NCBI GenBank assembly: GCA_043228905.1
Contig: JBHGNT010000004.1
Span: forward strand, 9,858,001-9,922,000
Source of the DNA: Azolla caroliniana
Lineage: Eukaryota; Plantae; Polypodiophyta
Direction: 5' to 3'
DNA length: 64,000 bases
Shown: positions 13,801 through 27,735 of the stretch, one piece after another
Layout: every line of letters starts with the position of its first letter
Position numbering within the stretch: position 1 is the first letter of the stretch
The notes under the pieces: model-generated
What the model was told of the DNA's origin: nothing
Databases searched by the model: none
What the model saw: only the letters and a program-made list of their open reading frames with translations
Translations under genes and position numbers: made by a program

Positions 13801-14870
13801 AAGTATGCTTGACTTTAGATTGAGAGAGATTAAGATTGAACTCTTGACTTTACATTTGAAGAACAAGATTGATACATCAATTGGATATCAAATTTCTTAC
13901 TTTTAATTTCTTAATTAATACATCAATTGGATAACGAAATTTCTTCTTAATATTAATTTTGATATAAAGTACAAAGCTCCCTTTGATATTTTTCATCCAC
14001 CCTTTTATAGATGCTCCCATGCATATGATGCATGCAAGGGTACAAGACATGCATACAATACATGGAATGCATGTGATGCATGTTTGTCATTTGGCGCTCA
14101 TGCATCACATGTCACTCAATCGAGCTCTAATATGAGAATTTACATGTAAAGCTATAATGATAAAAATATAATCTCTAAAGAAATGACTTCGCTTAATGGT
14201 AAGCCTATTGTTTCCTATCTTGGAGGTGCAAAGTTTGAGTTTTGCTTACATCTTTTTCTTTTATGCACAAAATACTATTAGGCTTTTGGACCAAATATCT
14301 TTAAGACACCATGCACCGTGATCAACTGACCCGACGAATCCGTCCGATTTACATCTGTTTGGTCCGGCCCAGTCCGCATCCTGATTTCGTTTGGTCCTCA
14401 TCCCTAGTCGCTTGCCGGTAACCGGCCGGTCACTACTTGTCGATCGCTAGTTGCCGTCGGTTTTGGTTGGCTAAAATCTTTTACAAGTAGCTAGGCCACA
14501 CCTACTTATCCAACTAGCTTAGTTCAAGTCACCTTGAACTCTCTATGCTCCACACATAAACACAAAGATAATAGTTTTTGCTCTGCCTTATATATGGCGA
14601 GATCCTTATTTGTCCTATCTATGTGGGATATCTCACAGTTTTATCTTTCTCTTTTCCTTTGCAAACTTCCTACCCACATAACTTGAGACTTAGATGTCTG
14701 TTTCTTATGTAGTAAAGTGCATTCGAAAGCTCTTAAAGACCTCCATCTTTTTGTACTAAGATATTAAACTATTTTAAATAGTATTTTGACTATTATTGTT
14801 TTATATGATTCATACTTGATTTCGTATGTTTTATGCGATTTTCACACCATTGCAGAAAATCTTCACGACA

Positions 14871-17800
14871 CTAGAAATATCATAGAAGAGTCAGAGCCTT
14901 TTAATATTGTCCTAGATAGTTTAGCGTGTGTAGTATCATTTAATATAATTAGTATCCCAAAACATCCCATTATTTTGGGATTACCATGGTTCGAATTACA
15001 TAACCCAAACATAGATTGGAGAACAAGAGAAATCCGGTATCGACAACCCCGAGGATCTACTCATAAGATTGCAACCATTTCGTTACATCAGTTGCGTGAG
15101 GAAGGACGCAAGGAAGAAATGTTTCTCTTCACAGTATTAGTAAAACCCTCCAACACCACTAAACAGGAGTCTAGCGTTCAACTTCCAGAGAAGTATCGTC
15201 ATTATGCCGAGGTGTTCAATAAAGTACAAGCCAATATGCTTCCTCACTATCAACCGTATGATTGCCCCATCGATTTACAACCGGGAAAAGAGCCACCATG
15301 GGGACCGATCTACAATTTTTCACCAATCGAGCTAGATGTCCTTCGAGCCGATATAGAGAAGAATTTGGCAAATGGTTTCATTCGACATTCAAAATCTTCA
15401 TCCGACGCACCCATTTTCTTCGTCAAGAAAAAGGATGGATCACTTCGTCTCGTCGTAGATTATCGTGGCTTAAATAAGGTTACCATCAGGAATAGGTACA
15501 GACTTCCCCTTATCTCAAGTCTTTTAGAACAGATCAATGGGGCAAGGTTCTTCACAAAGATCAACTTATGAGGAGCATATAACCTCATACGGATCCGACC
15601 AGGAGATGAATGGAAGACCGCGTTTCTCACCAGATATGGGTAGTTCGAGTATACGGTCATGCCATTAGGCCTCACTAATGCGCCAACAGTCTTCTAGCAC
15701 ATGGCAAATGATATATTCCGAGATCTCTTGGATGTTTGTTTATTCATCTATTTGGATGATCTACTGGTTTATTTGAAGACCCAAAAAGAGCATGATTCTC
15801 ATGTACTGTTAGTACTAAAATGACTTCGAGAACATGGTCTTTATGCAAAGTTGGAAAAATGTAGTTTCGAGTGCAACCAGGTAGAATTTATGGGCTATGT
15901 CATTTCCTCAGAAGGCATCTCCATGGATCCGGCTAAGCTCAAAACGGTGGTAGAGTGGCAGATTTCGCGTTCATTGCAAGATGTGCAATGCTTTTTAGGC
16001 TTTGCCAATTTCTACCACAAGTTTATACATGATTACTCAAAGCTTGTTCTGCCTCTCACACAACTCACCAAGAAGGGACAATCGTTTGTTTGGTCTGAAG
16101 AAGCAGACATGGCTTTTGAGGGTCTTAAGAAGGCATTTACATCAGCTCCTATTCTGGCTCATGTTGATCCGGAAAAACTATTCATCATCGAAGCAAACGC
16201 GTTGGATTTCGTGTTGGGTAGCATTTTGTCACAACAAGGCGATGATGAAAAGCTCCATCCTATGGCTTTCCACTCACGCAAGTTTGACGCCGCCGAAATC
16301 AACTATGAAATTCATGATAAGGAGCTATTAGCAATAGTGGACTCTTTTACGCAACGCAGGCATTTTCTAGAGGGATCCTCTCATCAAGTCACAGTATTCA
16401 GTTATCACAAAAACCTTGCCTACTTTTAGAGTGTTCGTGTGTTAAATCGACGTCAAGCTCGGTAGACCCAATTCCTCACGTGTTTCGACTTCAAAATTAC
16501 ATATCGTCCGGGGAAGCACCAAGGGAAGGCAGATGCATTATCACGGCGTTCGTATCTAGCACCGCGTCTCAGCGAGCCAGCTTTCGATAACCAAAAGCAA
16601 GTAATCCTAGGACCAGCACGACTACAAGTAACACAGGTCTTCGGAATGCCCTTGGATTCCCACGTTATCTATACCATACGTGAGGACTTGAAGACAGATG
16701 CTTTCTCCCAAGCCACTCTAGCACAGTCTCAACCATCTTGTTCACAGTCGCAACAACCAGGTACAGATTATCGACAATTCGAATGTCATGAAGGATTACT
16801 ATTCTTTAAGAAACTGTTGTATGTTCCTAATGGTTCTTGTCGCCTTCGAGTAGTCCAAAACTGTCATGACACATATACATATGGGTATTTTGGTAGTACT
16901 AAAACATTAGATGTAGTACAACGATTATTCTAGTGGCCCCATATGCGACAATTTGTCGAAGATTTTGTTCGGACTTGTGATAAATGTTGCAAAGAAAAAA
17001 TGCCAAGGCATCATCCATATGGTTTATTAGAACCATTACCAATTCCAAGCAAGTCGTGGCAATCCATTGCCCTAGATTTCATCACAGATCTTCCGGTCTC
17101 TAAGGGATTCGATGCTATATTAACAATAGTAGATCGATATACGAAGATGGCCCATTTTTTGTCATGTACTAAGGAAATCTCTAGTGAGGAAACCATCGAA
17201 ACTGTCATGCGTGAAGTATGTCAGCATCATGGCCTTCCCGATAGTATCATCAACGACTATGGACCCCAGTTCGTCTCGATCTTTTGGAAGCATCTCTTTA
17301 AAATGCTCAAGATCACTTGTAAGCTCTCCTCCGACTACCACCCGCAAACAAATGGCCAAGCAGAATGAACAAATCAAACGATGGAACAGTATCTTCAATG
17401 CTTTCTAAGCTATCATCAAGATGACTGGGCAGATATTCTCCACTTCACTGAATTTGCGTATAATAACTCTGTCCACTCATCAACAAAGGTTACGCCTTAT
17501 ACGGGTTGTCACCCTCGGTGGTGTGTATTTGAAACCCCAGAGTTATCCACAAATCCTTGCGCAGAGGATCGTTTGGAGCAGTTACGCAAGATACAAGCGA
17601 ATTTATCTACTCATCTATAGCAAGCTCAACAAACACACAAGGTTTACACGAATCGTCATTGGCTTCCATCCAGTTTTAACATTGGAGATCAGGTATGGCT
17701 ACTTCAACGACACATCAAGACTACTTGCCCATGCGAGAAGTTGGATTATCGGCAATTAATGATGTCACTTTTCGTCTCGATCTACCTCCACAACTTCGGA

Positions 17801-18423
17801 TACATTCGGTGTTTCATAGTTCTCTCCTCGAACCCTATCAAGACAGCACCATGCCAGGTCGTATTAAACAACCTCGACCCCCTATTGAACTTGAAGATGG
17901 ACCTGAGTACGAGGTTGTCCCCATCCTCAATTCCAAGATTGTTCGCAACAAGCTGTACTATATAGTCTATTGGCTAGGATATAGTCCCAGCGAGCATACT
18001 TGGGAACCAATATAGAATGTCACCAATGCTCATGCTCTTCTTGAAGACTTCGATTGTGAATATCTAGACAAACCGGGTCCTCAATCCAAAACGATTCGTG
18101 ACACTCGTCGTTTTAAAAGGGGCATAGTTTCATGATATGGCAAGACTCGAACCCATGACCTTACGTTACATGGGTCGAGCTCTTGACCATTAGACTATTT
18201 GTTGTAATACAAAAAGTATTATTTTCATTCAAGTTTTACTATAGAAAATTGATGTATATTCCAAATTTCTCTAGAACATTCTAGAAACTTCAGGAGTACT
18301 CCTAAGAACACTATAAAAGGAGGCACAAAGCATTATTTCGAACCAAATCGGTTCAACACTAGTGTTAAGCCTCCTAGCTACTATTGTATATTCTCTTAAC
18401 ATAATATATATATTTTGTTATCA

Positions 18424-18460
<37 letters not shown>

Positions 18461-18599
18461 CACTCTCTCAATCACTCTTTCCATCTCTCGAGAGTTCTAC
18501 ACCTCCCTTGGTACTAATCCTCATCTTTTAGTACTAATTCCTAATGTGTCTTAGTATTGTTGCTGACAGTACTTCTCTGTCTTAGTACTGCTCCTGACA
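14871..18599 (+). mobile_element. Family A chromovirus 3' part: degenerate pol (PR-RT-RH-INT-chromodomain), PPT and 3' LTR (18128-18599)
   Basis: Collinear with intact pol with multiple stops; chromodomain EYEVVPILNSKIVRNKLYY; PPT aaaaggggcatag. Confidence 0.93.
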
Positions 18600-21500
18600 A
18601 TAGCATTACAAAGGAGGACAATCAACACCTTATGAAGGAGGAGGGTGCTTTATATAAGGTCACCCTCTCTCTTCATTAACTCTACTACAACAACCACTCT
18701 CTCTTGGGGAATGTGAAGAATCATTAGTCATGGGGAATATGGAACTCATTAGTTATGTGTCATAGAATATGATTCTATGAGACATAGTCAATGTGTAGAG
18801 AGTAGTGGTGTGACTTTTGACCTTTGAGTGCTCATAGATTCTCAAAGGGTGTGTTCACACACAAGGCTAGGTTGAGCTAGATTCTTAACACGCCCCCTCA
18901 AGCTCAACTCGGGTCGGTTCCTCTTGTGGTATGTTCGTTTCGGTTAGTATTCTGTTCGGACGATATCTAGTGTCCGCTTCAGCTGGTACCTGGTACGGAT
19001 GGTATCCAGTTGTCTCTTGTACTCCCCCTCTAGCTTGGCAAGTCGGGGATCGTCAATCCAAGGTCTGACATGAATTGCCAAAGTTTATCGTCTCCTAAGG
19101 CTTTGGTGAAGATGTCGGTTGTCTGAAGATGCATGCTGATGTGGTGAAGGTCTACATCGCATGCCTGAATGCACTCTCAAATGAAGTGATAGTGCACTTC
19201 GATATGCTTCGTGCGTGCATGGAACACCGAGTTCCAAGCCAAATAAATAATGCTCATGTTGTCACAGTAGAGGGGAGTCAGATCGTGGATGGGAACACTC
19301 AAATCCTTCAACATCCTCTTGAGCCATACGGCTTCCATGCAGCCATAGTTGCACCCCTATATTTGGCCTTTGTGCTTGAAAGTGCAATAGTCGGCTCCTT
19401 CTTGTTACTCCATGAAATCTGGAGAAAACAAATACGGAGGTCGATCGTCGATCGACTCTTTAGCTGGCCCAGTTGGCATCAATGTACCCTTCAAGTCGAA
19501 TTGGTTGGCCGATTCGTAGAGAATACCACAATCCATTGTGCCACTCACGTATTGTAATACTAGCTTAGCGTAATCCAAGTGACTATCTCGTGGTTTTTGC
19601 ATGAATTGCCTAAGGAAACCAACCGGGTAGCTAAGGTTAGGTCGAGTGATTGTGAGATAGATGAGGCTCCCGATCAGTTGTCGATACTAATTAGGCCCGC
19701 ATTCTTCGGTGCCGGAGTCGGCATCAAGTTTGAGATTTCAATCGAGAGGGGTTGCCATAGGTTTACACTCAGTCATCCCGAACTTGTATAACAAGTTAAG
19801 GATGTAGTGTCGTTGAGAGATCATAATGCCGGCTGGAGTTTGAATTACCTCGATGCCAAGGAAGTAATGCAGCTCCTTCATGTTCGTCATCTCGAACTTG
19901 CTAGAGAGGAGGGACTTGACCTTGTTGATGTCGACTAGACTTTCACCTCCAATGACCAAATAATCCACATATAGAATGATGACAATCGGACTTCCCGAAT
20001 CACTTCTTGTGTATATGGAGTTGTCGGATTTTGACATTGAGAAGCTGATTCGATGAAGATATTGTGTTATCTTCGAATGCCAAGCATGTGGTGCTTGCTT
20101 AAGGCCATAGAGTAGCTTCTTATTCGACACACTACTTTCGGATGGGTGCTCGATTCAAAGCTAGGTGGTTGTACCATGTACACCTCCTCTTCTAATTCGC
20201 CTTGAAGAAAGGCATTCTTGACATCCATTTGATGGAGGTGCCACCCTTTCGCTGCAGCAAGTGCTATCACGGTCCGCACAGTTGTCTTCTTTGCCACTGG
20301 GGCAAAGGTCTATTCATAGTCGACTCCATGTGTTTGTGCGTATCCTTTTGCTACAAGTCGAGCTTTGTAGCGGTTCACGGAACCGTCGGCATGATACTTC
20401 AATTTCTATATCCATCTTCAGTCGATTGCCTTCTTGTGCGGTGAGTGGGGGACGAGATCTCATGTTTCATTTTTGCATAGTGCCTACATCTCCTCATTCA
20501 TTGCTTCGACCCATGGTGGATCCTAGGCTGCTTCGGAGAAAATTTCCGGTTCTCGAATTGCTACCACCTTCATCATAAAGGCATAGTGGTATGCCATATA
20601 GTCGTTGTAGCTGAATCGGCTAATTGGATTCTTCTCACGGCTCGAGTGACGGAGTTTCTGATTTGCCGATGTGAGTGCTTTCTTAACTCCGGGTGACCTA
20701 AGAAGAGGCACATCAAAGCCACCGAACTCACTATCGAGTGAGAGTGAGTTGATTCGTTGTCGTCGAATTGATCGTCTTCATATTCCGGCATTTTGGCCTT
20801 GCCTTTGTCCATCTTCGTACTTGGCCGAGATGTGCTTTGGTCACTCGGGGTCTCTTGTGGCCCACTAATCCTTGTCGTAATTGGATTTTCTTCGAACATA
20901 TGCCTCAGTTGATCACCGTCTTCTATGTTGTCAAGGTCATTCATAAATGTTTCGGAAGGATTTAGCTCGGGTTCGTACCATGCTGTTGATTCTTCAAAGA
21001 CGACGTCTCTACTTACACGAACCTTCCGAGTAGAGGGGTTATAACACTTGTACCCCTTTTGCTCCAATGAGTATCCTATGAGGATACACTTCTCCGACTT
21101 ATGATCGAGCTTCTGTTGCTTTTCGTCGGGAATGTGCGCATATGCAAGTGAACTGAATATTCTTACATGAGATAGATCTGGCTACTTCCCATAGTACTTT
21201 TCGTGTGGGGTAACCTCATGCACACCGTATGTTGTGCACCGGTTCATGAGGTAGACGGCAGTATTTGTTGCTTCGGCCCAGGCCCAATATGACTTTGGCA
21301 TATTCTTTTCGTTCATCATGACCCATGCTACTTTGAGGGTGTTTCGATTTTTGTGTTCGGCCACTCCGTTTTGTTCAAGTGTACTCACCGAATTCTTGCT
21401 TTCCAAAGAAAAGCCGAAAATTTGTCAGAGAAGTACTCTTTTCCGCCATCCGACCAAAGACATCGTACATGCTGGCCGGTTGTCTTTTCGACTTCGCTTT

Positions 21501-23602
21501 TGAATTTCTGGAAGTGTCAGAACACTTCTCTCTTTTGCCGCATGGGGTAGATCCAGGTGAAGTCGTTGATAAAGGCCATGTTGTCCGCTGAATGTAGCCG
21601 TTTGAGTTGGTTCCCATACATCAGAATAAATTACGTCGAGTACACCTTTTCTCAAGTTCCTCTCTTTTGGGAACGAGTGTCAGTGTTGCCTGCCAAATTG
21701 GCAGGCTGCACATACGCCTTCAATCTCCTTCTCTTTGAAGCTAGGGAGCTCGATGACGACTCCTCTCGATTGCATTGCCTTGAGTTTATTGAGATTGATC
21801 TGGTCAATCCTCTTGTGGCACAACTCTATGTCTGTGTTGACTTTGGTGCCTTTTGCCAACATGGCTGATTTCATCTCCTGCGAATCGAGAATGAACATTC
21901 GACCTTTCCTTCGACCGTGAGCGATGAGTCGACCCTCTTTTTCGATGAAGCAACTACCTTGGTTAAATCGAACTTCCATGCCTTGCTCCACCATTTGGCC
22001 GACTGAAGATCAAATTCTTCATGATGGTCGGTACATGCAAGACATTCTTAATGTAAGTTTGGTTACCTTCTTTGTCGATTGGAACATTGCCGATGTGCCG
22101 AATCGGATGAGTAGTGTCATCTCCGGTTTCCACATAGCCGGGTCCATCCAGCTCTCGAAGGTCTCGGAACCATTCTTGATGAGACATCATATGGTTCGAA
22201 GAATTCGAGTCGACAAACCATACATCTTCTGGACTAGATGAACTTGTCGAAGTAGAGGCTGACATAGAATATGCTCTATGTCTCATCACGAACATTCCAC
22301 CATGGTCGTTATAGTCAAAATTTGTGGCGTAGTTGGTTAGTTGTTGGCATGTGGAATCTGACTCACGCTTCTTCTTTCGGCACTCTTCTTCGTGGTGGCC
22401 GATTTTGCCGCAATATCTGCATTCAATAGAGGTTTGTTGGCTCGGGCCGGAATGGAAGTTACCCCTTCTTCCGAAGGTTCCTCATTGGTTTCCGTCTTGT
22501 TGCCAAATTTAGGAGTTGTTTTCATATGTCAAACCTCGTTCGCCTCTTCCTTGGTTGAATCGGCCTCTTGCTCGGCCACATCCTCTTCCTCCATTCGAAT
22601 GTGTGTAGAGCAGGTGGCCTTTCGAGGCATTGCTCCTTGTTCAAACATGGTTTTCTTCAACCAACAACATGGATTGAAGATCGAAGAAAGAGGGAGAATT
22701 CTCTTATGCTAGTATGGCGGTCCTCATCGTGCCAAACCGTGGTGCAAGGCCTCCGAGGCATATTTGCACCATCTCATCATCCTCCACATTCACGCTTATT
22801 GAGCCAATGAATCACAAAGCTCCTTGATCTTCAAGGTGTAGCTTGTGATGGACCTGTCTCTTTATTGAATGTTGTTCAACTCTTGGCGAAGTTGACGCTT
22901 TTCATGCGATTGTGTTGGCCGCAAAAATCTTCCTAAGATTCTCCCATGCTTCCTTCGGCGTCTCGGCTTCTCGAATGTAGCCAAGCATGTGGTCATGAAC
23001 ACTTGTCGCCAAGAAATACATTACTCGACTCACCATTGCTCCCATGTTGAGTAGTCAGTGTCCTTAGGGTCAGGTTGATTTTCTTGTGCTCCTTTGATGT
23101 AGCTCCAATAGCCTTGGCCGACACAACACACACGGATGGGCTAGATCGAGCTATCAAACCACTCTGATACCATGTAAAGAATCGGGCATGATTTTGTGCA
23201 GTGGAAGAGATGTGTTGTGTGTGTGTGTGTGTGGAAAGAGGAGAAGAGGAGAGAAACACAAGATAGACAAGAAAAAATAAAAAATGAAGTACTCAAGATT
23301 GTATATTAACAAGGAGAATATGAATTAAAAAATGTAGCATTACAAGGGAGGACAATCGACACCTTATGAAGAAGGAGGAGGGTGCTTTATATAAGGTCAC
23401 CCTCTCTCTTCATTAACTCCACTACAACAACCACTCTCTCTTGGGGAATGTGAAGACTCCTTAGTTATGTGTCATAGAATATGATTCTATGACACATAGG
23501 TAATGTGTAGAGAGTAGTGGTGTGACTTTTGACCTTTGAGTGCTCATAGATTCTCAAAGGGTGTGTTCACACACAAGGCTAGGTTGAGCTTTATTCTCAA
23601 CA
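18600..23602 (-). mobile_element. Ty1/copia element, degenerate (5' LTR 23173-23602; 3' LTR partial 18600-18890)
   Basis: Matching LTRs; PBS TGGTATCAGAG (tRNA-iMet) at 23161-23172; PPT cttgagggggcg; protease WFVDS, INT, RT ([23 protein letters not shown]), RH in copia order. Confidence 0.93.
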
Positions 23603-25218
23603 GTTGCTAATGCTTCAATGATCTCCTTGAGTAGAGAGTCCCCATGTAGCATGCATGTTGCAAAGATATGGAATTGATCTGCCTTTAAGAAACATTGGGA
23701 TTGTTGAGCATAGTCATCATCCCTTAGCTAGAGCTCAAATTCCAACCGTCGAGAAAGTTTCATCACCCTCCATGTGTTATTTCCTAGGAAAAAATAATAT
23801 TTTGAAGTCATAATCAACTAAAAAAGTGAACCGAGGAGCATGGCCCCGACTCAATGTTCAAGCGGTTGAGAAGTAGGGTGAATTCTTGTGATGTCAGAGA
23901 TTTAATGGAAGTGTCAAAATCCCCTTTCCAATTTATATTCACTCAATGTTCAGTAGGAATTCCCATCTTGTATGATAAGATGGTATTGGAGTTCCTTGGG
24001 TAGTGCAAATAGTGACATAATTGGCATGTGTTGAATGCCTTCATTTTTTTATACTCAAGGTGGGGTTCAAAAATACGTTTGACATTTAAAAGGCACAATC
24101 TCTAGGTAATTCTCCTTGGGGAGAATTCTAGGAGGTTGACATGAGGAGTTTGGGTTGTATAGATTTGCAATGCATTGTATATTGTCTCCGATATTTGCAT
24201 TGGTCGTAGTCCCTACATTTGATGATATAGGTCCATTATGAGATATACAAAGATGAGGAATGTATAAGGGGCACTCTATGCCTTTTGTGGTGGGTCAATA
24301 TGATATTCTATCCCTATTCATTTAATACATTAGACTAACCTTGTGCATCTACACATGGTTATATGATTTTAAAGGGCAACACTTACTATTTTTATAGTAC
24401 GAGAAGCTTATCCTAAAGAATAGAGAAAATAAAGCCATTTTGTGTCTTATTACATAATATTTTTTACTGACAAACTAGGTTGACATATTTTATTGAACCA
24501 AACTATGATTTACCAATTGGTACATAATGTCATTTGCATTAAAGCTACAAGAGTTTATCAGAATGTTGACTCTACATTTCAAGTTAGAAGCCAAAATGAT
24601 GATGTCATGCCAGTTGTGACTTAAGAGTTTAGATGACAATGGTTTGCGAGAAATAGATGTAGGAGTAAATTCATGAGAAACTATGCAAAGTTTCAAGAAG
24701 ATATCCCAAGGTTTTCTGTTATAATCTCCAACAATCGCATTAACATCGTATCTATTTGCAATGACTTTTGCAATGAGCCACACGGATGGGATATTCATTC
24801 GTCCATGACTCGAAATATCATAATCAGAATCCTGATCGTGGAGACCACACACACAACAGAGATGGTACATTGTTTTGGGGTTTGGGATCGTGAAGGTCAG
24901 TCAGCCTACTTATTTATTATCCTATGGATCGTACACAAATGCATATGTATGTACAACGTGAAGTAATGTGCTGAAATGATGTAGAAATGTAGTACATAAC
25001 AATATGGTTGGGGTTTGAAGTACATACATTGATACATAGCAACCACTCAACAACACGATGATGAGGAGGAAGGATATTATTTATTGATTGGAGGTCAAAG
25101 TGCTACTATTATTTTACACACAAACACACACATATAAATACATATACATGTTGCGGCTCCTTTGCAACAAACACGCAAATACCTCCAGACATACACACAC
25201 ACACACACACACACAACA

Positions 25219-26418
25219 ATGGCTTCTGCTGCTCATGCACTCATGTCTCTCATCAGAATGGTGATGGTGGCTTGCTTCTTCTTCGTCGTCTGTGTGCAAG
25301 CCCATCCTCAGCATGGCTTCTGCACCAGGACGCATGGCACCGCCAAGGGCTGCCCCACACCCCCAACCTTCGACGCCATCAACCTCACGGCCTTCGCGGG
25401 CAGTTGGTTCCAGATCGGTATCAGCGCCAGGTCCCAGTTCAGGGACCAACCCGGCTCCGTTTGCGCCCGCGCCAAGTACGAGCTAAGGGGCCACTCCCCT
25501 TCACACCAAACCCTCTTCTCCGTCCTCAACAGTGCCCTCTCCATCCTCCGCCCCGCTGGTGTGGCTGACATCTATTATGCCGGCACCACCTCCTTCGGCG
25601 TCTGTAACTCTGCCCGAAGCTCGTGCCACGTCATCGGCCACATCAATGACCATGCTCTTGAATTGCTCAAGGATCACCCCGCATTGTTGAAGAACGTGAC
25701 GGACGCCGCTAAAATTGGAGAGGCAGCACTAGATTCTGCGGCCGGGAGGATCGGCCACATTCAAGGCTATCTCAACCAGTTGAGTCAAGCCAATTACACG
25801 GTAAGTCTAGCAAACACCACAGAGAAGATGGAGGTAAATGCAGAGAAGCTTAAGGCGGAGGACGCTGGAGCTTTGCGGCTTGCAGGGAAGCTTCTGGAGG
25901 ATGCGGGGAGGAAGGTCGAGGCAATGCAGTCAATGAAGGCGGTGGGGAAGAAGATAAGGCTAGCAGGGAAAGAGCTGGTGAAGAGCGCGAAGAATATCGA
26001 GAAGGGTGCGATACAGCTGCGGAAGACGGCACGGTCGCTGGCCAAAGGCAACGGTAGATCGATCACGGTAGCACAAGGCGCCAAAGCGTACAAGGTGGAA
26101 GGCGAGGGAGTGCAGATTAAGGGAGGCAAGCTACAGGTGAAAGTGAAGGGGGAAGTGATTATGAAGCCATATTGGGTGCTGGCAGTGGACAGCCACAACG
26201 AAGCCGCGCTCGTGTATTCGTGCGTGAATGACAGCGATGGCAACATAGCGGAGAAATCCATCTTCATCATCGCCCGGTCGTGGAAACCCGACCCTTCGGT
26301 AGTGGAGGGTTTCCTGTCACTGGCCCAGTCATATGGCATCTCTTCAGACTGCGAGGATTCATTCTCCATGACCGTCCAGCGCGGTGGCTCTTGTGGACTT
26401 CCTCCCCATTCCATGTAA
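25219..26418 (+). CDS. Secreted ApoD-like lipocalin (399 aa) with large internal helical insertion; intronless
   Basis: Hydrophobic N-terminal signal ending VQA. Lipocalin motifs GCPTPP..FAGSWFQI, CARAKY, PYWVLAVD..ALVYSC, IFIIAR and a C-terminal Cys. Uninterrupted GC-rich ORF; ATG in aacaATGG context after a (CA)n leader. Confidence 0.85.
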   Translation: MASAAHALMSLIRMVMVACFFFVVCVQAHPQHGFCTRTHGTAKGCPTPPTFDAINLTAFAGSWFQIGISARSQFRDQPGSVCARAKYELRGHSPSHQTLFSVLNSALSILRPAGVADIYYAGTTSFGVCNSARSSCHVIGHINDHALELLKDHPALLKNVTDAAKIGEAALDSAAGRIGHIQGYLNQLSQANYTVSLANTTEKMEVNAEKLKAEDAGALRLAGKLLEDAGRKVEAMQSMKAVGKKIRLAGKELVKSAKNIEKGAIQLRKTARSLAKGNGRSITVAQGAKAYKVEGEGVQIKGGKLQVKVKGEVIMKPYWVLAVDSHNEAALVYSCVNDSDGNIAEKSIFIIARSWKPDPSVVEGFLSLAQSYGISSDCEDSFSMTVQRGGSCGLPPHSM

Positions 26419-27735
26419 TATAGAAGGAAGAAGAAGGAATGAAGTTCTCCTTCTCCTCATGGCATTCAATAATAATAATAATAATAATGATGATGGTGAC
26501 CGGCTCCTTTGTTCCTTTTTGAACACTTGTATAAGCTCAATGCGATTCCTAACTCATAACCTCAATAGCTTCATAAACCACTACAGACATATTACCTACT
26601 ATTAGTCTCCGCATCCCATCCCACACTGCTTTTGTATCAAGAAATGTCATGTTTCCTTTGCTATCCCTGGGCGTTATCATCTCTAACTTTTATTGTTCTG
26701 TTATTGGGATTCTTGGAGACGCAACCAGGTATCTAGATTGAGAAACAACGAGATATAGATCCCTGAAAGACGCAGCAGCCACTGCATCAAAACGCCTAAT
26801 TCCACATTTGTTATGCTGGATTCTCATTAATCACTGTGCGCGTCCATTGAAATAACTGCTTCCTTTTACACAAGCTCATCAATCTTCTGTAATTCGTTAA
26901 ATTCATGTCACGGTCCATGCACGGAGCTAATCTCCTAAAGAAATTCTTAAGGACAGGTACAATATCTCCTTGACATTGTTGCTCATCCGGATATTAGTCA
27001 ACTTTGGGATATAAGTCATGAATCTAGACTACTTGGTCGAATCTGATATCTAATGGATCGGTACCACAGTCCTTGATGCAAGGGGATTTACGGTTAGTTC
27101 TTGTGACAAGACATAGAAGAAGACCGCCGAAGAAGAAGGGTTAGGGTTTGGAATTTGATATATAGGTTGGCTGCTAAGGATTTGTAGAGTATGAAGAGAA
27201 CGAAGAGAGGAATTAGGGTTTGATGGGATCCAAGGTACTAAAAGGCTTTTAATGTGGACAGTATAAGGAAGGGAAATTTTGACCATTACTATTAGGTTGT
27301 GGTGAAGTAGGAAGGCTTGCTTCGCAATGCAAAGTCCACACGAAAATAAATACATACAACTTACACGTTACTAAAAATAATTGTATTTAAGTTGTATCTA
27401 TAATAACAGCCAAGCAAAACATTCTTACATTCTTTACGAGTGTATCTTTGAGCCACCTTTTTAGCGAGCCTAGGCCGTCATGCATGCACGTGTTGTACCT
27501 TTGTGCCACCTTTTTAGTAACCGTTGTCCTTCATGGAGTCGAGCCCGTGTGCCGATGTGAGACCAGAGAGATGGAAGGCGGCAGTGAGGAGTCCATGCAT
27601 TAGTTCATAACCAAGCCCACCCAAATGTGAACTAATGCAAACCCACCCAAATGGGTATCTCTATATAAACTATAAATTAACCAGGAAGGAACAAGCAAGA
27701 CAAGCTAGTTTTGATTCTCTCTACATGCATTTCAC

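Noticed and set aside
14185-14250. Another tRNA-like head (gcttaatggtaag...ggaggtgcaaagtttgagt)
   Set aside because: B box is too degenerate and there is no element context.
3401-18599. LTR 3401-3871 and LTR 18128-18599 as the two ends of one large nested element
   Set aside because: They belong to the same subfamily, but there is no clean matching TSD and the flanks belong to different hosts (A' gag on the left, copia LTR on the right).
24490-24966. Possible PPR-like or other gene fragment
   Set aside because: Motifs are too weak to support by eye.
25794-26414. 206-aa antisense ORF overlapping the lipocalin gene
   Set aside because: Explained as a shadow of GC-rich codon usage; no recognisable motifs.
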